From assembly GCF_044647545.1 (NCBI RefSeq), contig NZ_CP172818.1: a DNA stretch of 64,000 bases. The stretch is one strand, 5' to 3'. Positions 25,340 to 36,737 of this stretch are shown here, one piece after another. The notes beneath the pieces are model-generated. The model was not told the DNA's origin. It saw nothing but the letters and a program-made list of their open reading frames with translations, and ran no database searches. Every line of letters begins with the position of its first letter. Position 1 is the stretch's first letter. The position numbers and the translations under genes were made by a program. The DNA is from Escherichia coli (GTDB taxonomy: Bacteria > Pseudomonadota > Gammaproteobacteria > Enterobacterales > Enterobacteriaceae).

Positions 25340-25985
25340 AGGGAAGCCAGGTCTCAGCAAAAAAGAAAAAAAGTTGCCGGTTTAGAAACGGAACAAGGTA
25401 AAGCTGATGTACTTGGTGGTGGCGTTTTTAAAAAGCGCCTTCACCGAAATCGTGAGCGTGCAATTATTCTGCAAAAGGGGAAAAAAATTGTTTTTACACT
25501 TTTTTATATAAAAAAAAGGATATGTCAAAAATAAATAGCAAGAAACGGCTTGGTTTCCGTAAACTCCAAAACATTTTCCCCTCCCTACCAAAACCCAAAC
25601 AAAAAAAAAGATTAAAACAAAAAAACAAACAGAAATCCCCTAGACCCGAAAAAAAAAAATAAAAAACCCCCGCTTTTGGGCATTCCCAACCCCGCGGCCC
25701 GGGTTTCCCCCCCCCATGCTTTTTCTCCCCAAAAAAAACGTACTTTTACAAAACCCCCCCCACCAGCACGCAAAAACTACAACCCGGTGAAAAAAAAAAA
25801 ACACGGGAAAAAAAAAAAAGGAAGCCACCCCCCTTCGCCCCCATCCCAAAACCAGCGTTTCAACAGCACAAAAAAAGGAAAAGGGGCGCAAACCCCCCAG
25901 GGGTTCTTTAAAAATCCCCAGCATGGTGGAAAAAAAAGGGGGGGGGGGGGGGGAGTAAAAAAAAAAGAAAAAAGTCATACCAGCC
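25340..25985. other. Homopolymer-rich low-complexity block, non-coding; probable artefact or non-native insertion
   Basis: Composition degrades from ordinary sequence into long A, C and G runs (for example G16 at 25938-25953, A-runs of 10-14); no frame resembles a real protein; boundaries approximate. Confidence 0.7.
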
Positions 25986-25987
25986 CC

Positions 25988-26062
25988 AATACCGGATGCG
26001 GCGTGAACGCCTAATCCACCCTACAGGTCAGGCGCGGTCTGTAGGCTGATAAGACGAAGCGG
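25988..26062. repeat. REP (repetitive extragenic palindromic) element, partly degenerate
   Basis: CCGGATGCGGCGTGAACGCC ... GTAGGCTGATAAGACG closely resembles E. coli REP units, with several mismatches in the first unit. Confidence 0.7.
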
Positions 26063-26064
26063 TT

Positions 26065-26517
26065 TTAATGCAGCCAGTGAACGCCCTCGGCAGGCTGAAA
26101 GAACGCGTTATAGCGCATCTGAAAAGCATTAATATCCTGCATTTCAGGTTCGGTTTCGCGCAGAAAACCCAGCGCCAGCCTGACCTGAGCATCAGTAATC
26201 GGCGCGGCAAGGCGGGCTTTTTGTAAAATCCGATGCCATTGCAGCATGTTCTGTTCGCTACCATCGACAATGACAATTTGCCAGATGAGCAACACCTGCG
26301 CGGCGTTTTGCAGGTGCGACTCATCCGGGCGATGCAAATAACGTAAAAATTCGTCACCGGCTGACTTTCCCATTTGATCGACCATCGACTCCACGGGTAC
26401 GACATCGATGTTCAGCCGATCGCTGAGACGGCGAATCGCTTTTCTGGCCCCGGATGTCAGCACCCGAAAACCAATCACAAACACTACCGCCAGCGTGGCG
26501 AGCATTATCCAGATCAT
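26065..26517 (-). CDS. yicN: DUF1198-family protein YicN
   Basis: About 150 codons from the ATG at 26517 inside track ORF 26065-26544; N-terminal TM segment. Confidence 0.8.
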   Translation of the reverse strand: MIWIMLATLAVVFVIGFRVLTSGARKAIRRLSDRLNIDVVPVESMVDQMGKSAGDEFLRYLHRPDESHLQNAAQVLLIWQIVIVDGSEQNMLQWHRILQKARLAAPITDAQVRLALGFLRETEPEMQDINAFQMRYNAFFQPAEGVHWLH

Positions 26518-26569
26518 GAGTTCTCCTGCGTAATCAGAACTCATAATATCTGGAAACCCTCGCCAGTTA

Positions 26570-27904
26570 CTAATCCACCAGAATAATCTTCAGTGCAAAC
26601 AGAGCTGCGACCACCACCACACACAGGTTCAGATCGCGCCAGCGCCCGGTGCACACTTTCATGATGCAGTACGACATAAAGCCGAGTGCAATCCCTTCGG
26701 TGATCGAGAAAGTAAAGGGCATCATCACCGTGGTAATAAATGCGGGCACCGATTCGGTAAAATCATCCCAGTTAACGCGCGCCAGGCTCGAAGTCATCAG
26801 CACGCCAACAAAGATTAACGCTCCGGCGGTTGCGTAAGGAGGAACCATCGCCACCAGCGGTGAGAAGAACATAACCAACAGGAACATAACGCCGACCACA
26901 ACCGCAGTCAGCCCCGTGCGACCACCGACAGCCACACCTGAAGTACTTTCAATATAGGCGGTAACAGACGAGGTACCGATAAACGCACCCGCCACCGAAC
27001 TGACGCTATCAACATACAGCGCCTTATTCATATTGGGGAATTTACCGTTACTATCTATTAAGCCAGCTTTATCAGTTACACCAATTAATGTTCCTGATGA
27101 ATCAAATAAGTTGATCAGCATAAAGGAGAAAATGATACCGGCGAGTTCAAGTGATAACGCGCCGCTCAAATCCACTTCACCAATGACGCCGCTAATATCA
27201 GGCGGAATGGAATAGACGCCGCTAAAATGAACATCACCGAAAAATAATCCACAGCAAGACGTCACCACAATAGAAACAAGCACCGCGGCATGAAAATGAC
27301 GTGATGACAACACGGTTATAATAAAAAACCCTAAAATACCTAACAACACGCCGTGAGAACTTAAATCGCCAATCATCACCAGGGTGTCTTTATTGGCGAC
27401 AATAACGCCAGTATTTTTTAATCCCATTAAGGCGATAAATAATCCGATTCCGCTGGTGATACCAATACGTAAACTTAATGGAATGTTGGAGATCATCCAG
27501 TACCGGATACGAAACAGCGTGAGCAAAAATAGCCCAACTGCGCCCCAGAATATCGCGCCCATCCCGGTCTGCCAGGAGATACCCATCGCCCCCACGACCA
27601 CGAACGCAAAGAAGGCGTTCAGCCCCATTGCCGGAGCCAGCGCCACGGGTAAGTTAGCAAATATCCCCATCGCAATACTGCCGATACCGGCAATCAAACA
27701 GGTGGTAACAAACACCACTTTCGGGTCCATTTGTGCCGCGCCGAGGATTTGCGGGTTCACAAAAACGATGTACACCATGGTTAAAAAAGTGGTCATCCCC
27801 GCAATCAATTCTGTGCGGACGGTGGTCCCATGCTGAGGTAGTTTAAATAATCGCGAAAGCGTCCCTGATTCATTACTCACGTAATCGGTATTGTCATTAT
27901 TCAT
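26570..27904 (-). CDS. adeQ: Adenine permease (NCS2/AzgA family)
   Basis: 444 codons from the ATG at 27904 (MNNDNTDYV) inside track ORF 26570-27982; divergent from ade. Confidence 0.9.
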   Translation of the reverse strand: MNNDNTDYVSNESGTLSRLFKLPQHGTTVRTELIAGMTTFLTMVYIVFVNPQILGAAQMDPKVVFVTTCLIAGIGSIAMGIFANLPVALAPAMGLNAFFAFVVVGAMGISWQTGMGAIFWGAVGLFLLTLFRIRYWMISNIPLSLRIGITSGIGLFIALMGLKNTGVIVANKDTLVMIGDLSSHGVLLGILGFFIITVLSSRHFHAAVLVSIVVTSCCGLFFGDVHFSGVYSIPPDISGVIGEVDLSGALSLELAGIIFSFMLINLFDSSGTLIGVTDKAGLIDSNGKFPNMNKALYVDSVSSVAGAFIGTSSVTAYIESTSGVAVGGRTGLTAVVVGVMFLLVMFFSPLVAMVPPYATAGALIFVGVLMTSSLARVNWDDFTESVPAFITTVMMPFTFSITEGIALGFMSYCIMKVCTGRWRDLNLCVVVVAALFALKIILVD

Positions 27905-28078
27905 TTTTTTGTCCATTGGAGGAGATTTAATCCCTTGCTTTTGTAAAACAAATGACAACAACGGTTCAGTGATAATTATCACATTTCAATTGCACATTAA
28001 TGGATATTCTTTAATAATCTCGCGACGTTTCTTTATGATAAATAATAATCAAATTGATAAAATCAAAATGAGAAAAAT

Positions 28079-29845
28079 ATGAATAATTCTATTAACCATA
28101 AATTTCATCACATTAGCCGGGCTGAATACCAGGAATTGTTAGCCGTTTCCCGTGGAGACGCTGTTGCCGATTATATTATTGATAATGTCTCTATTCTCGA
28201 CCTGATCAATGGCGGAGAAATTTCCGGCCCAATTGTGATTAAAGGACGTTACATTGCCGGTGTTGGCGCAGAATACGCTGATGCTCCGGCGTTGCAGCGG
28301 ATTGATGCCCGCGGCGCAACGGCGGTGCCAGGGTTTATTGATGCTCACCTGCATATTGAATCCAGCATGATGACGCCGGTCACTTTTGAAACCGCGACCC
28401 TGCCGCGCGGCCTGACGACCGTTATTTGCGACCCTCATGAAATCGTCAACGTGATGGGCGAAGCCGGATTCGCCTGGTTTGCCCGCTGTGCCGAACAGGC
28501 AAGGCAAAACCAGTACTTACAGGTCAGCTCTTGCGTACCCGCTCTGGAAGGCTGCGATGTTAACGGTGCCAGTTTTACCCTTGAACAGATGCTCGCCTGG
28601 CGGGACCATCCGCAGGTTACCGGCCTTGCAGAAATGATGGACTACCCTGGCGTAATTAGCGGGCAGAATGCGCTGCTCGATAAACTGGATGCATTTCGCC
28701 ACCTGACGCTGGACGGTCACTGCCCGGGTTTGGGTGGTAAAGAACTTAACGCCTATATTGCTGCGGGTATTGAAAACTGCCACGAAAGTTATCAGCTGGA
28801 AGAAGGACGCCGGAAATTGCAACTCGGCATGTCGTTGATGATCCGTGAAGGGTCCGCAGCCCGCAATCTCAACGCGCTGGCACCGTTGATCAACGAATTT
28901 AACAGCCCGCAATGCATGCTCTGTACCGATGACCGTAACCCGTGGGAGATCGCCCATGAAGGACACATCGATGCCTTAATTCGCCGCCTGATCGAACAAC
29001 ACAATGTACCGCTGCATGTGGCATATCGCGTAGCCAGCTGGTCGACGGCGCGCCATTTTGGTCTGAATCACCTCGGCTTACTGGCACCCGGCAAGCAGGC
29101 CGATATCGTCCTGTTGAGCGATGCGCGTAAGGTCACGGTGCAGCAGGTACTGGTGAAAGGCGAGCCGATCGATGCGCAAACCTTACAGGCGAAAGAGTCG
29201 GCGAGACTGGCACAATCCGCTCCGCCGTATGGCAATACCATTGCCCGCCAGCCTGTTTCCGCCAGCGACTTTGCCCTGCAATTCACGCCCGGAAAACGCT
29301 ATCGGGTCATTGACGTCATCCATAACGAATTGATTACCCACTCCCGCTCCAGCGTCTACAGCGAAAACGGTTTTGATCGCGATGATGTGTGCTTTATTGC
29401 CGTTCTTGAGCGTTACGGACAACGACTGGCTCCGGCCTGTGGTTTACTCGGCGGCTTTGGCCTGAATGAAGGTGCGCTGGCGGCGACGGTCAGCCATGAC
29501 AGCCATAATATTGTGGTGATAGGTCGTAGCGCAGAAGAGATGGCGCTGGCGGTCAATCAGGTGATTCAGGATGGCGGCGGGCTGTGCGTGGTCCGTAACG
29601 GTCAGGTACAAAGTCATCTACCGTTGCCCATTGCCGGGCTAATGAGCACCGACACGGCGCAGTCACTGGCGGAGCAAATTGACGCCTTGAAAGCCGCCGC
29701 CCGTGAATGCGGTCCGTTACCCGATGAGCCGTTTATTCAGATGGCGTTTCTTTCCCTGCCAGTGATCCCCGCGCTGAAACTAACCAGTCAGGGGCTGTTT
29801 GATGGCGAGAAGTTTGCCTTCACTACGCTGGAATTCACGGAATAA
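28079..29845 (+). CDS. ade: Adenine deaminase
   Basis: 588-codon amidohydrolase with metal-binding HxH motif ([10 protein letters not shown]). Confidence 0.95.
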   Translation: MNNSINHKFHHISRAEYQELLAVSRGDAVADYIIDNVSILDLINGGEISGPIVIKGRYIAGVGAEYADAPALQRIDARGATAVPGFIDAHLHIESSMMTPVTFETATLPRGLTTVICDPHEIVNVMGEAGFAWFARCAEQARQNQYLQVSSCVPALEGCDVNGASFTLEQMLAWRDHPQVTGLAEMMDYPGVISGQNALLDKLDAFRHLTLDGHCPGLGGKELNAYIAAGIENCHESYQLEEGRRKLQLGMSLMIREGSAARNLNALAPLINEFNSPQCMLCTDDRNPWEIAHEGHIDALIRRLIEQHNVPLHVAYRVASWSTARHFGLNHLGLLAPGKQADIVLLSDARKVTVQQVLVKGEPIDAQTLQAKESARLAQSAPPYGNTIARQPVSASDFALQFTPGKRYRVIDVIHNELITHSRSSVYSENGFDRDDVCFIAVLERYGQRLAPACGLLGGFGLNEGALAATVSHDSHNIVVIGRSAEEMALAVNQVIQDGGGLCVVRNGQVQSHLPLPIAGLMSTDTAQSLAEQIDALKAAARECGPLPDEPFIQMAFLSLPVIPALKLTSQGLFDGEKFAFTTLEFTE

Positions 29846-29854
29846 TAAAAAAAA

Positions 29855-29873
29855 GCCCGGCGTCATGCCGGGC
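29855..29873 (-). terminator. Rho-independent terminator shared by convergent ade and uhpT
   Basis: GCCCGGC-GTCAT-GCCGGGC hairpin flanked by an A8 run on the + strand (U-run for the minus-strand uhpT transcript). Confidence 0.75.
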
Positions 29874-29891
29874 AAAAGTCACCAGTTACGT

Positions 29892-31283
29892 TTATGCCAC
29901 TGTCAACTGCTGAATTTTTTTCTCGCGGCGGATTTTGCGTTCTTCCATCACCGCCACTATCGCCATCAGGCAGATACAACCAATCGCGGCGATATCCAGC
30001 GCGGCGAAGGTGCCTGCCCAGCCGGTAAGGCCAAATACCGGCGTCCCATCGGCAATCATTCCCAGACCTAACTTGGCAAAGCTGTCACCAATCAGGTAAG
30101 CGAAGGTGCCTTTAATACCATCGGCAGCGCCAATCGCTTTTTTAGGTACAAAGCCAACAGCAGCTACACCAATCAACAATTGCGGGCCAAAGACCAGGAA
30201 ACCCAACGCAAAGAGAGAAGCAAGGTAGATATATTCGTTGCTGGCGTGTTGATACACACCGAGCGTGGCGATAATCAGCGCCAGCGCGATACAGGCCACC
30301 AGGCCACGGCGACCGTTCGCCAGGTCAGAGAGCCAGCCCCACAGCAGCGTACCGACCAGCGCACCAGCTTCAAACAGCGTAAAGCCCTGAATCGCCACCG
30401 CTTTAGAGAGTTTCAGTTCCTGGAACGCATACACGGTTGACCACTGGTCGATACCAATACGCACCACATAGAGGAAAATGTTGGCAAAGCACAGCAGCCA
30501 GATCACTTTGTTTTTCAGCACATACTCAACAAAGATCTGCCACTTGGTCATATCGGTAGATTCTGTCTCTTTATCCTCTTCACTGATCTCCTCGCCAAAC
30601 AGCTCTTCAGCTTTGCCGAGGCCATAAGATTCCGGGGAGTCGCTGCCGTAACGCAGACCGATAAAACCAACAATCAGCGCGATAATCGACGGGAAAATAA
30701 ACATGCCGATGACATGACCATCGAACAGGTAATTTGCGCCGAACAGCGCCACACCTGCTGCGCCTGCACCACCAAGGTTGTGAGAAATGTTCCAGAAACC
30801 GAGGAATGTCCCGCGTTTACGACGCGGCGTCCATTTGGTGATGGTGGAGTAACTGCACGAACCGCCGGTACTCTGGAAAAAGCCGCTTAAGGCGTAGAAG
30901 GCAATCATCAGGAACAGGCTAACCGAGCCGCTGCCCATACTGGCGCTGAAGCCCAGCATACAAATGGCAGACAGGATCAGCATGAACGGCAGGAATTGTT
31001 TGGTGTTTTTGCCGTCGGCGTAGTAAGAAACCAGCGTTTTACCCACGCCATAAGTGATGGAGAAGCCCAGGCCGATCATCCCCAGCTGCGTCATGCTCAA
31101 CCCGTAGGTCGAGATCATGTCGTTCTGCGCGATGTTAAAGTTCTTGCGAATCAGGTACATCGTAAGGTAGCCGATAAAGACCACCAGGTAGGATTGCATG
31201 AACGGTTTGAACCACATTTTGCGCCGCACTTCGAGCGGAAGGTCCAGGGTCGGCTTGCGAACCTGGTTTAAGAAAGCCAGCAT
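29892..31283 (-). CDS. uhpT: Hexose-6-phosphate:phosphate antiporter
   Basis: 463-codon MFS organophosphate:Pi antiporter. Confidence 0.95.
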
Positions 31284-31359
31284 GGGTTACTCCTGAAATG
31301 AATACCTGCGTGAGGCATGCATTGTAAAAATCAGCAGCAAATCAGGCCTGAGATAGCGT

Positions 31360-31374
31360 CCAGGCAAAACCTGG
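31360..31374 (-). promoter_or_regulatory. Inverted repeat in the uhpT promoter region, candidate UhpA binding site
   Basis: CCAGGCAAAACCTGG palindrome about 80 bp upstream of the uhpT start. Confidence 0.4.
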
Positions 31375-31420
31375 AAAATTTCTTAGTTTTGCCGGATATG
31401 AAGTGAAAAGGTGAGATGCA

Positions 31421-32743
31421 TCACGCTTCTCGCGGTGTCTGGGCGTTCAAAAAGGGCAGTAATAGCAGTGCGGAAATCCCGGCGGCGATGGCGATAACCA
31501 CAAAAAATCCGCTCCAGTGCCAGGTATCGAGTACTTTCGCCAGCGGCCAACCAGCAAGCGACGCACCAAGATAAGCAAACAAGCCGACAAATCCCGTCGC
31601 CGCCCCTGCTGCCTCTTTGTGGGAACACTCTGCCGCCGCCATGCCGATTAACATCTGCGGGCCAAAGACAAAAAAACCAATGGTGAAGAAGCAGGTTGCC
31701 TGCATCACGTAGCTGGCAAATGGCATCAGCCACAGCGAGCCGACTGAAAGCAAAATTCCGGCAGCGAAAATCAAATTCATCGGCCCGCGGTTGCCGTTAA
31801 AGAGTTTGTCCGAGCCCCAACCCGCTACCAGCGCACCGATAAATCCGCCCAGTTCAAACATCGTCACAGCCGTATTCGCCGTGACCAGATCGACGCCCAG
31901 CGTCTCGGACATATACAAATTGCCCCAGTCGTTGATCGCCGCCCGAACCACATAGACCAGCACATAGCAAAACGAAAGTAGCCAGATATACGGATTCAGC
32001 AACACATACTTGGTGAGGATCTCTTTACGCGTCAGCCCTGCCCCTTCTTGTTGTTGAGCAATCTCCAGCGCGTCGTGCCGCCATTCACCAACCGCTGGTA
32101 AACCTAACGCCTGCGGGCGATCGCGCAGCCGCCAGCAGAGAAAAATCCCCACGACGATCGCCATACAACCAGCAATCATCATCCCGGCACGCCAGCCGTA
32201 ATGCAGCGCAGCTGCTGCCATCACAATGGGAATGAGCGCACCGCCAACGTTATGCGCCGTGTTCCATAATGCCCACCAACCGCCGCGCTCGGTACGAGAA
32301 TACCAGGCGGTTAACAGACGCGCACACACCGGTGAACCCCAGCCCTGGAAAAAGGCGTTCAACACCCAGAGCACGGCAAACGCCCATAGCGACGTCGAGA
32401 AGCCAAACAGAATGTTGATAATGCCCGTGGCGATAAGCCCTATCCCCATAAAATAACGGGCATTTGAGCGGTCGCTGACAATGCCGGAGACAAACTTCGA
32501 CACGCCGTAAGTAATGTAAAACAGGGTCGCTAACAGGCCGATATCGCTACGGCTGAGCACGCCGTTAGCAAGGATTTCTGGTACGGCGGCGTTAAAACTT
32601 TTACGCGTGAAGTAAAACAGCGCGTAACCCAGCCAGATGGTCAGCAGAATATGCCGACGCCAGTAGCGATAGCGGGCATCAATTTCATGTTTATCAGTCA
32701 TTAATGGCGCATCGGCAGGCGCTTTCAGAAACGGCAACATCAT
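31421..32743 (-). CDS. uhpC: Membrane sensor protein UhpC (UhpT paralogue)
   Basis: About 440-codon MFS protein paralogous to UhpT, upstream of uhpT and downstream of uhpB. Confidence 0.93.
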   Translation of the reverse strand: MMLPFLKAPADAPLMTDKHEIDARYRYWRRHILLTIWLGYALFYFTRKSFNAAVPEILANGVLSRSDIGLLATLFYITYGVSKFVSGIVSDRSNARYFMGIGLIATGIINILFGFSTSLWAFAVLWVLNAFFQGWGSPVCARLLTAWYSRTERGGWWALWNTAHNVGGALIPIVMAAAALHYGWRAGMMIAGCMAIVVGIFLCWRLRDRPQALGLPAVGEWRHDALEIAQQQEGAGLTRKEILTKYVLLNPYIWLLSFCYVLVYVVRAAINDWGNLYMSETLGVDLVTANTAVTMFELGGFIGALVAGWGSDKLFNGNRGPMNLIFAAGILLSVGSLWLMPFASYVMQATCFFTIGFFVFGPQMLIGMAAAECSHKEAAGAATGFVGLFAYLGASLAGWPLAKVLDTWHWSGFFVVIAIAAGISALLLLPFLNAQTPREA

Positions 32744-32749
32744 CGAACC

Positions 32750-34255
32750 TTAGACATAGCGTTGAGGTAGAGAAACGCTGACACGCGTGCCGTGCAAACA
32801 GGAGATGGTCAAGGTGCCGCCCAGCGCCGTTACGCGCTCGCGCATTCCGGTGAGGCCAAAACCTTGTTGCCCGGAACCCGGCGGCAAACCGCTGCCATCG
32901 TCTTCAATTACCAGCATCAACCGTTCATCCTGCTGCCAGCCTTGCAGGGTGACCGCGCTGGCATCGGCATGTTTCACAATGTTGTTCAACCCTTCCTGGC
33001 AGACGCGAAACAGCGTCACGCGCTGGTTTTCGCTTAACGCTGATTCATCGATTCGCCATTCGAGATGACTGACAATGCCGCGCCCTTCCAGCTCCATTTC
33101 CCGCATCAGTGAGCGGATGGCCTGCTCCAGGGTGAGATCATCCAGCTGGCGCGGACGTAACCGCCCTAACAAACGGCGCACCGCATCGTAAACACCCAGC
33201 GACAGTTGTTCGATGAGCTGCCCGCTCTGCTTCACGCTGGCGTTATCTGCCGCCAGCCGCTGAACAATACCTGCTTGAGTACGAATAGCAGTGATGGTCT
33301 GACCGATATCGTCGTGCAGCTCACGCGCCACATCACGGCGCACGCTCTCTTCAGTTTCTAACAAACGTTCAGCCAGATGCTGATTGCGCGCTAGTTCCTT
33401 TTGCAGCGACTGGTTAAGTTCACGCAACCGCTGGATGCCTGCGCCCAGTAACAACCCTGTCAGACTTTGCACCAGCAGCGAGAGCAATAAATCCACCGAA
33501 TGATCGCGCCAGGTTTGACTGGCGATCAGCGCGATGGCGTTCATCAACGTCGCAATCAGCGCCCCTTGCCAGCCGTAGTGCCAGGCCAGCGCGATAATCG
33601 GCAGCGCCAGGCAGAATGGCGTAAAGCGCGACAGTTCGTCCGGCAATCCCAACTGGAGCCAGAGACTGATAACAAACAGCAGCAAGTACCAGACCAGATG
33701 CCGCCCGCGCCAGTTGATCGGTTGAGAAACTAACGACGGCCCGAGCGGCAGCCAGATGTTATTGGCGAGATAGTGCCAGAACACCAGACATATCGGGGCC
33801 AGCGTCAGGCCGCCAGTTAAAGTCAGCAACAGCGCATTCCACGACTCTTTCCCGTGCCAAAGCCAGGGCAGCGACTGCAACAACGCCGCCGCCGTCAGCG
33901 CCGCACCCTGTAACAGCAAGGTGCGCCAGTCACGTTGATGGCGATAGCGCGAGATCAGCGCCACGGGCAATAACGTCAGTAAACTACCGATCATCAATAA
34001 GGAGAAATGGGTTAAACCGACCGCCTGCATTAGCCAGTAAATCAGCAGCCACTCCGCACCCAGTAGCACCGGCCAGTATCCGCGCGGGCATTGCAGCATT
34101 AGCCCTAGCCGCAGGCCAAACGGAAATAACAGCACCGCCATATCAGGGCGCTCAACAAGGTGCAGGCTGATACTCCACAGGCAAAACCATGCGGCAGAGA
34201 AGATAAAAAAGCAGGCAATAACGGTAATTAAGCGAGAGAAAAACGTCTTCATCAC
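32750..34255 (-). CDS. uhpB: Sensor histidine kinase UhpB
   Basis: About 500-codon protein with N-terminal multi-TM domain and C-terminal HisKA_3/HATPase region (HDDIGQ motif). Confidence 0.93.
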
Positions 34256-34842
34256 CAGCCATCAAACATGCGGCGCGCCAGTTCAACGTCGTTACTGACG
34301 CCCAGTTTTTCCATCAGGTTAGCGCGATGGACGTGTACCGTTTTCGGTGACAAGCCCAGTTCGGCGGCAATCTCTTTCACCGCCATTCCTTGCGCCAGTT
34401 TTTCCGCCACCTGGCGTTCGCGTTTGGTCAGCGGGTCCTGGCGACCGGATGCCAGTTTAATGGCAATATCCGGCGTCAGATAACAGCCGCCCGTGGCAAC
34501 CGTATGCACCGCAGCAATCAGTTCGTCAGGGCTACAACGCTTGGAGAGAAAGCCGCGCGCCCCCGCGTTAAGCGCCTGCTCAACCAGCGCCGGACTGTCA
34601 TGAACAGAGAGCATAATCGTCGCCATACCTTTCGGCAGCTGGCTTAGCAGCTCCAGACCGGAGATATCGGGCATGGAGATATCGCAAATACACACCTGCA
34701 CACCGCGCCCCGGCAGCCCCGCCAACGCCTCGCGCCCCGAACCAAACTCGGCAACTACCTGCAAATCAGGTTCCAGCCCCAGCAGCTGCGCAAAGCCGGA
34801 GCGGACGATGAGGTGATCGTCTATAAGTGCAACGGTGATCAT
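34252..34842 (-). CDS. uhpA: NarL/FixJ-family response regulator UhpA
   Basis: 196 codons from the ATG at 34842 ([10 protein letters not shown]); receiver domain plus LuxR-type HTH; overlaps uhpB by 4 bp. Confidence 0.93.
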
Positions 34843-35149
34843 GATTGGGTCCTGGCGGATAAAAAACGCGCATACCTTAACGATAAGCGCGATGTTGTTC
34901 AAGTTGGATATGGGGTATGTATTCTTAATGATGTTGTCTTATCTCAAAACTTACGAAAGTAACGTTGTAGTTTATTCGAAAAACGAATTATTTGTAGTTC
35001 GATTGCAATATTCCTGAAAAATTTCTCCTCCTTCGAAATCTTTTCAGTAACAAAGATCATCCAAAACCTATAATCTTCACGGAACCTCATTAAGAGATCA
35101 TCCACGAGTCGTTATGAATATAATCCTCACCGTATTCGATAAAAGAAAT

Positions 35150-36737
35150 AAAAAATAAAACTAACAATCTATTGTTTTAAAAAAAAAAGGTTGGGAAAGA
35201 AGGGAAAAACAAGAAAAAAAATTTTTTCCCAAGAAAAAAAAAAACCGGGTAACAACAAACCGGGAAAAAAAAAAAAGGTTCCTGATAAAATACCCCCTAT
35301 CAACCGACAGAAACCTTGAACAACATAATACATTACCTATTCCTGAAATACTGAACAAGAAATAATTTTCGTTTTTTCCAACAATTAAAAATTCCAAAAA
35401 ATAAATCAGCAAAAAAATTCAAAAAAAATTCGGAAATTTTTCCAACCACAAAAAACTTATCCCAAAATCAGATGGCATTAATTTTAACCAAAAAAAGAAA
35501 ATGACCCCCCAATTTCGCCAAAGAAAAAAGGAAAAACCCCAAAAAAAATTTTTAAAATTAAAAAAAAAAAGAAATAATTAAGAATAATGATTTCTATATA
35601 TTAATGGCAACAAACAAATATTAAATTACAACACAACACAAACAAACTTTAAGTAAATTACTATACAAATCAATAACAATAACACCTTAACACACAAAAC
35701 AACCTACATTTCACAGTCATAACGAAAAAAATCATAAAACCACTCAATAAATAAAACACCGAAACAAATATAAAAAACATAAAAAAAAAAAAAAAAAAAA
35801 AACAAGAAAAAAAAAAAAAATAAAATAAAAATAAAAAAAAAAACGAAACGAAAAAATAATAAACAATAAAAGACCCCCACAAACAAACAAATCAAAACTA
35901 CACTCACTCCCCCTGATTGATTAAAAAAACATCTCTCAGATATAAAATACATAAAACAAACAAAAAAATAAATGAAAAAAAACAACAAATAAATAATTTA
36001 ATAATAAAAATAAAAATATTACGCAACAACAACTATCAACAAAAAAAATAAAAAAAAAAAACAAAGATAAGAAACGTAAGAAAAAAAAAAAAAAAAAAAA
36101 AAAAGACGAAAAAAAAAAAAAACTATGAATCCGAACAAGTAAAAAAAAAAAAAAAGAACAAACAATAACCAATCAAAAAAAAAAAAATAAATAAAAAAAA
36201 AAAATTCATTTAAAAAATGAAAAAAACACAAAAAAATAGAAAACAAAAAAAATAAAACAAACGGAAAAAAAAAAAAAAAAAAAAGAAGACTGAAGAAAAA
36301 AAATACTAAAAAAATAATTAATATTAAACCAAAAATAAAAAAAAATAAAAAATAAAAAACTAAAAAAACACAAAAAATCAACAAAAAATAAAAAAAAATA
36401 AACAAACCAAAAAAAAAAAAAAAAAAAAACGAAAACATTAAAATATATAACAAAATAAAAACTAAAAAAACAAAAAACAAACAAAAAAAAAAAAGAAATA
36501 ACAATAAAAAAAAAATTATAAACAACCAAAACAAATATAAAAAAAAAAACGAAAACAAAAAAAAATTAAAAAAAAAAAGAAAAATATAAAAAAAAAGAAA
36601 AAAGAAGAAAAATACAAAAAACAAAAAAATAAAAAAAAAAAAAAACACAAAAAAAAAAAAGAAAAACGAAAACAAGAAAAAAAAGAAAAATGTAAAATCA
36701 GCAAAATTCAGAAAATTTGAAAGAGAAAAAACCAAAA
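35150..36737. other. About 1.6 kb A-rich low-complexity block between uhpA and ilvN, non-coding; probable artefact or non-native insertion
   Basis: Long poly-A runs (up to about 23 nt) with sparse C, G and T; minus-strand track ORFs are poly-Phe/Leu artefacts of the T-rich complement; ends exactly at the ilvN stop codon; start approximate. Confidence 0.75.

Noticed and set aside
25316-25534. 72-codon ORF (MFKTKYFAREARSQQKRKKVAGLETEQGK…) at the start of the first anomalous region
   Set aside because: No recognisable family or ribosome-binding site, and it runs into degrading low-complexity sequence. Most likely spurious.
25640-26014. ORFs 25640-25978 (minus) and 25676-26014 (plus) with Gly/Lys/Pro-rich products
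   Set aside because: They fall entirely within the homopolymer block and their composition mirrors the homopolymer runs. Not credible genes.
35161-36735. Several minus-strand ORFs (35161-35412, 35670-35882, 35704-35988, 35936-36172, 36019-36735, 36206-36529, 36516-36704) encoding extremely Phe/Leu-rich hydrophobic proteins, which might look like a cluster of novel small membrane proteins
   Set aside because: They are translations of the poly-T complement of the A-rich block. They overlap each other in all frames and have no ribosome-binding sites or sequence complexity.
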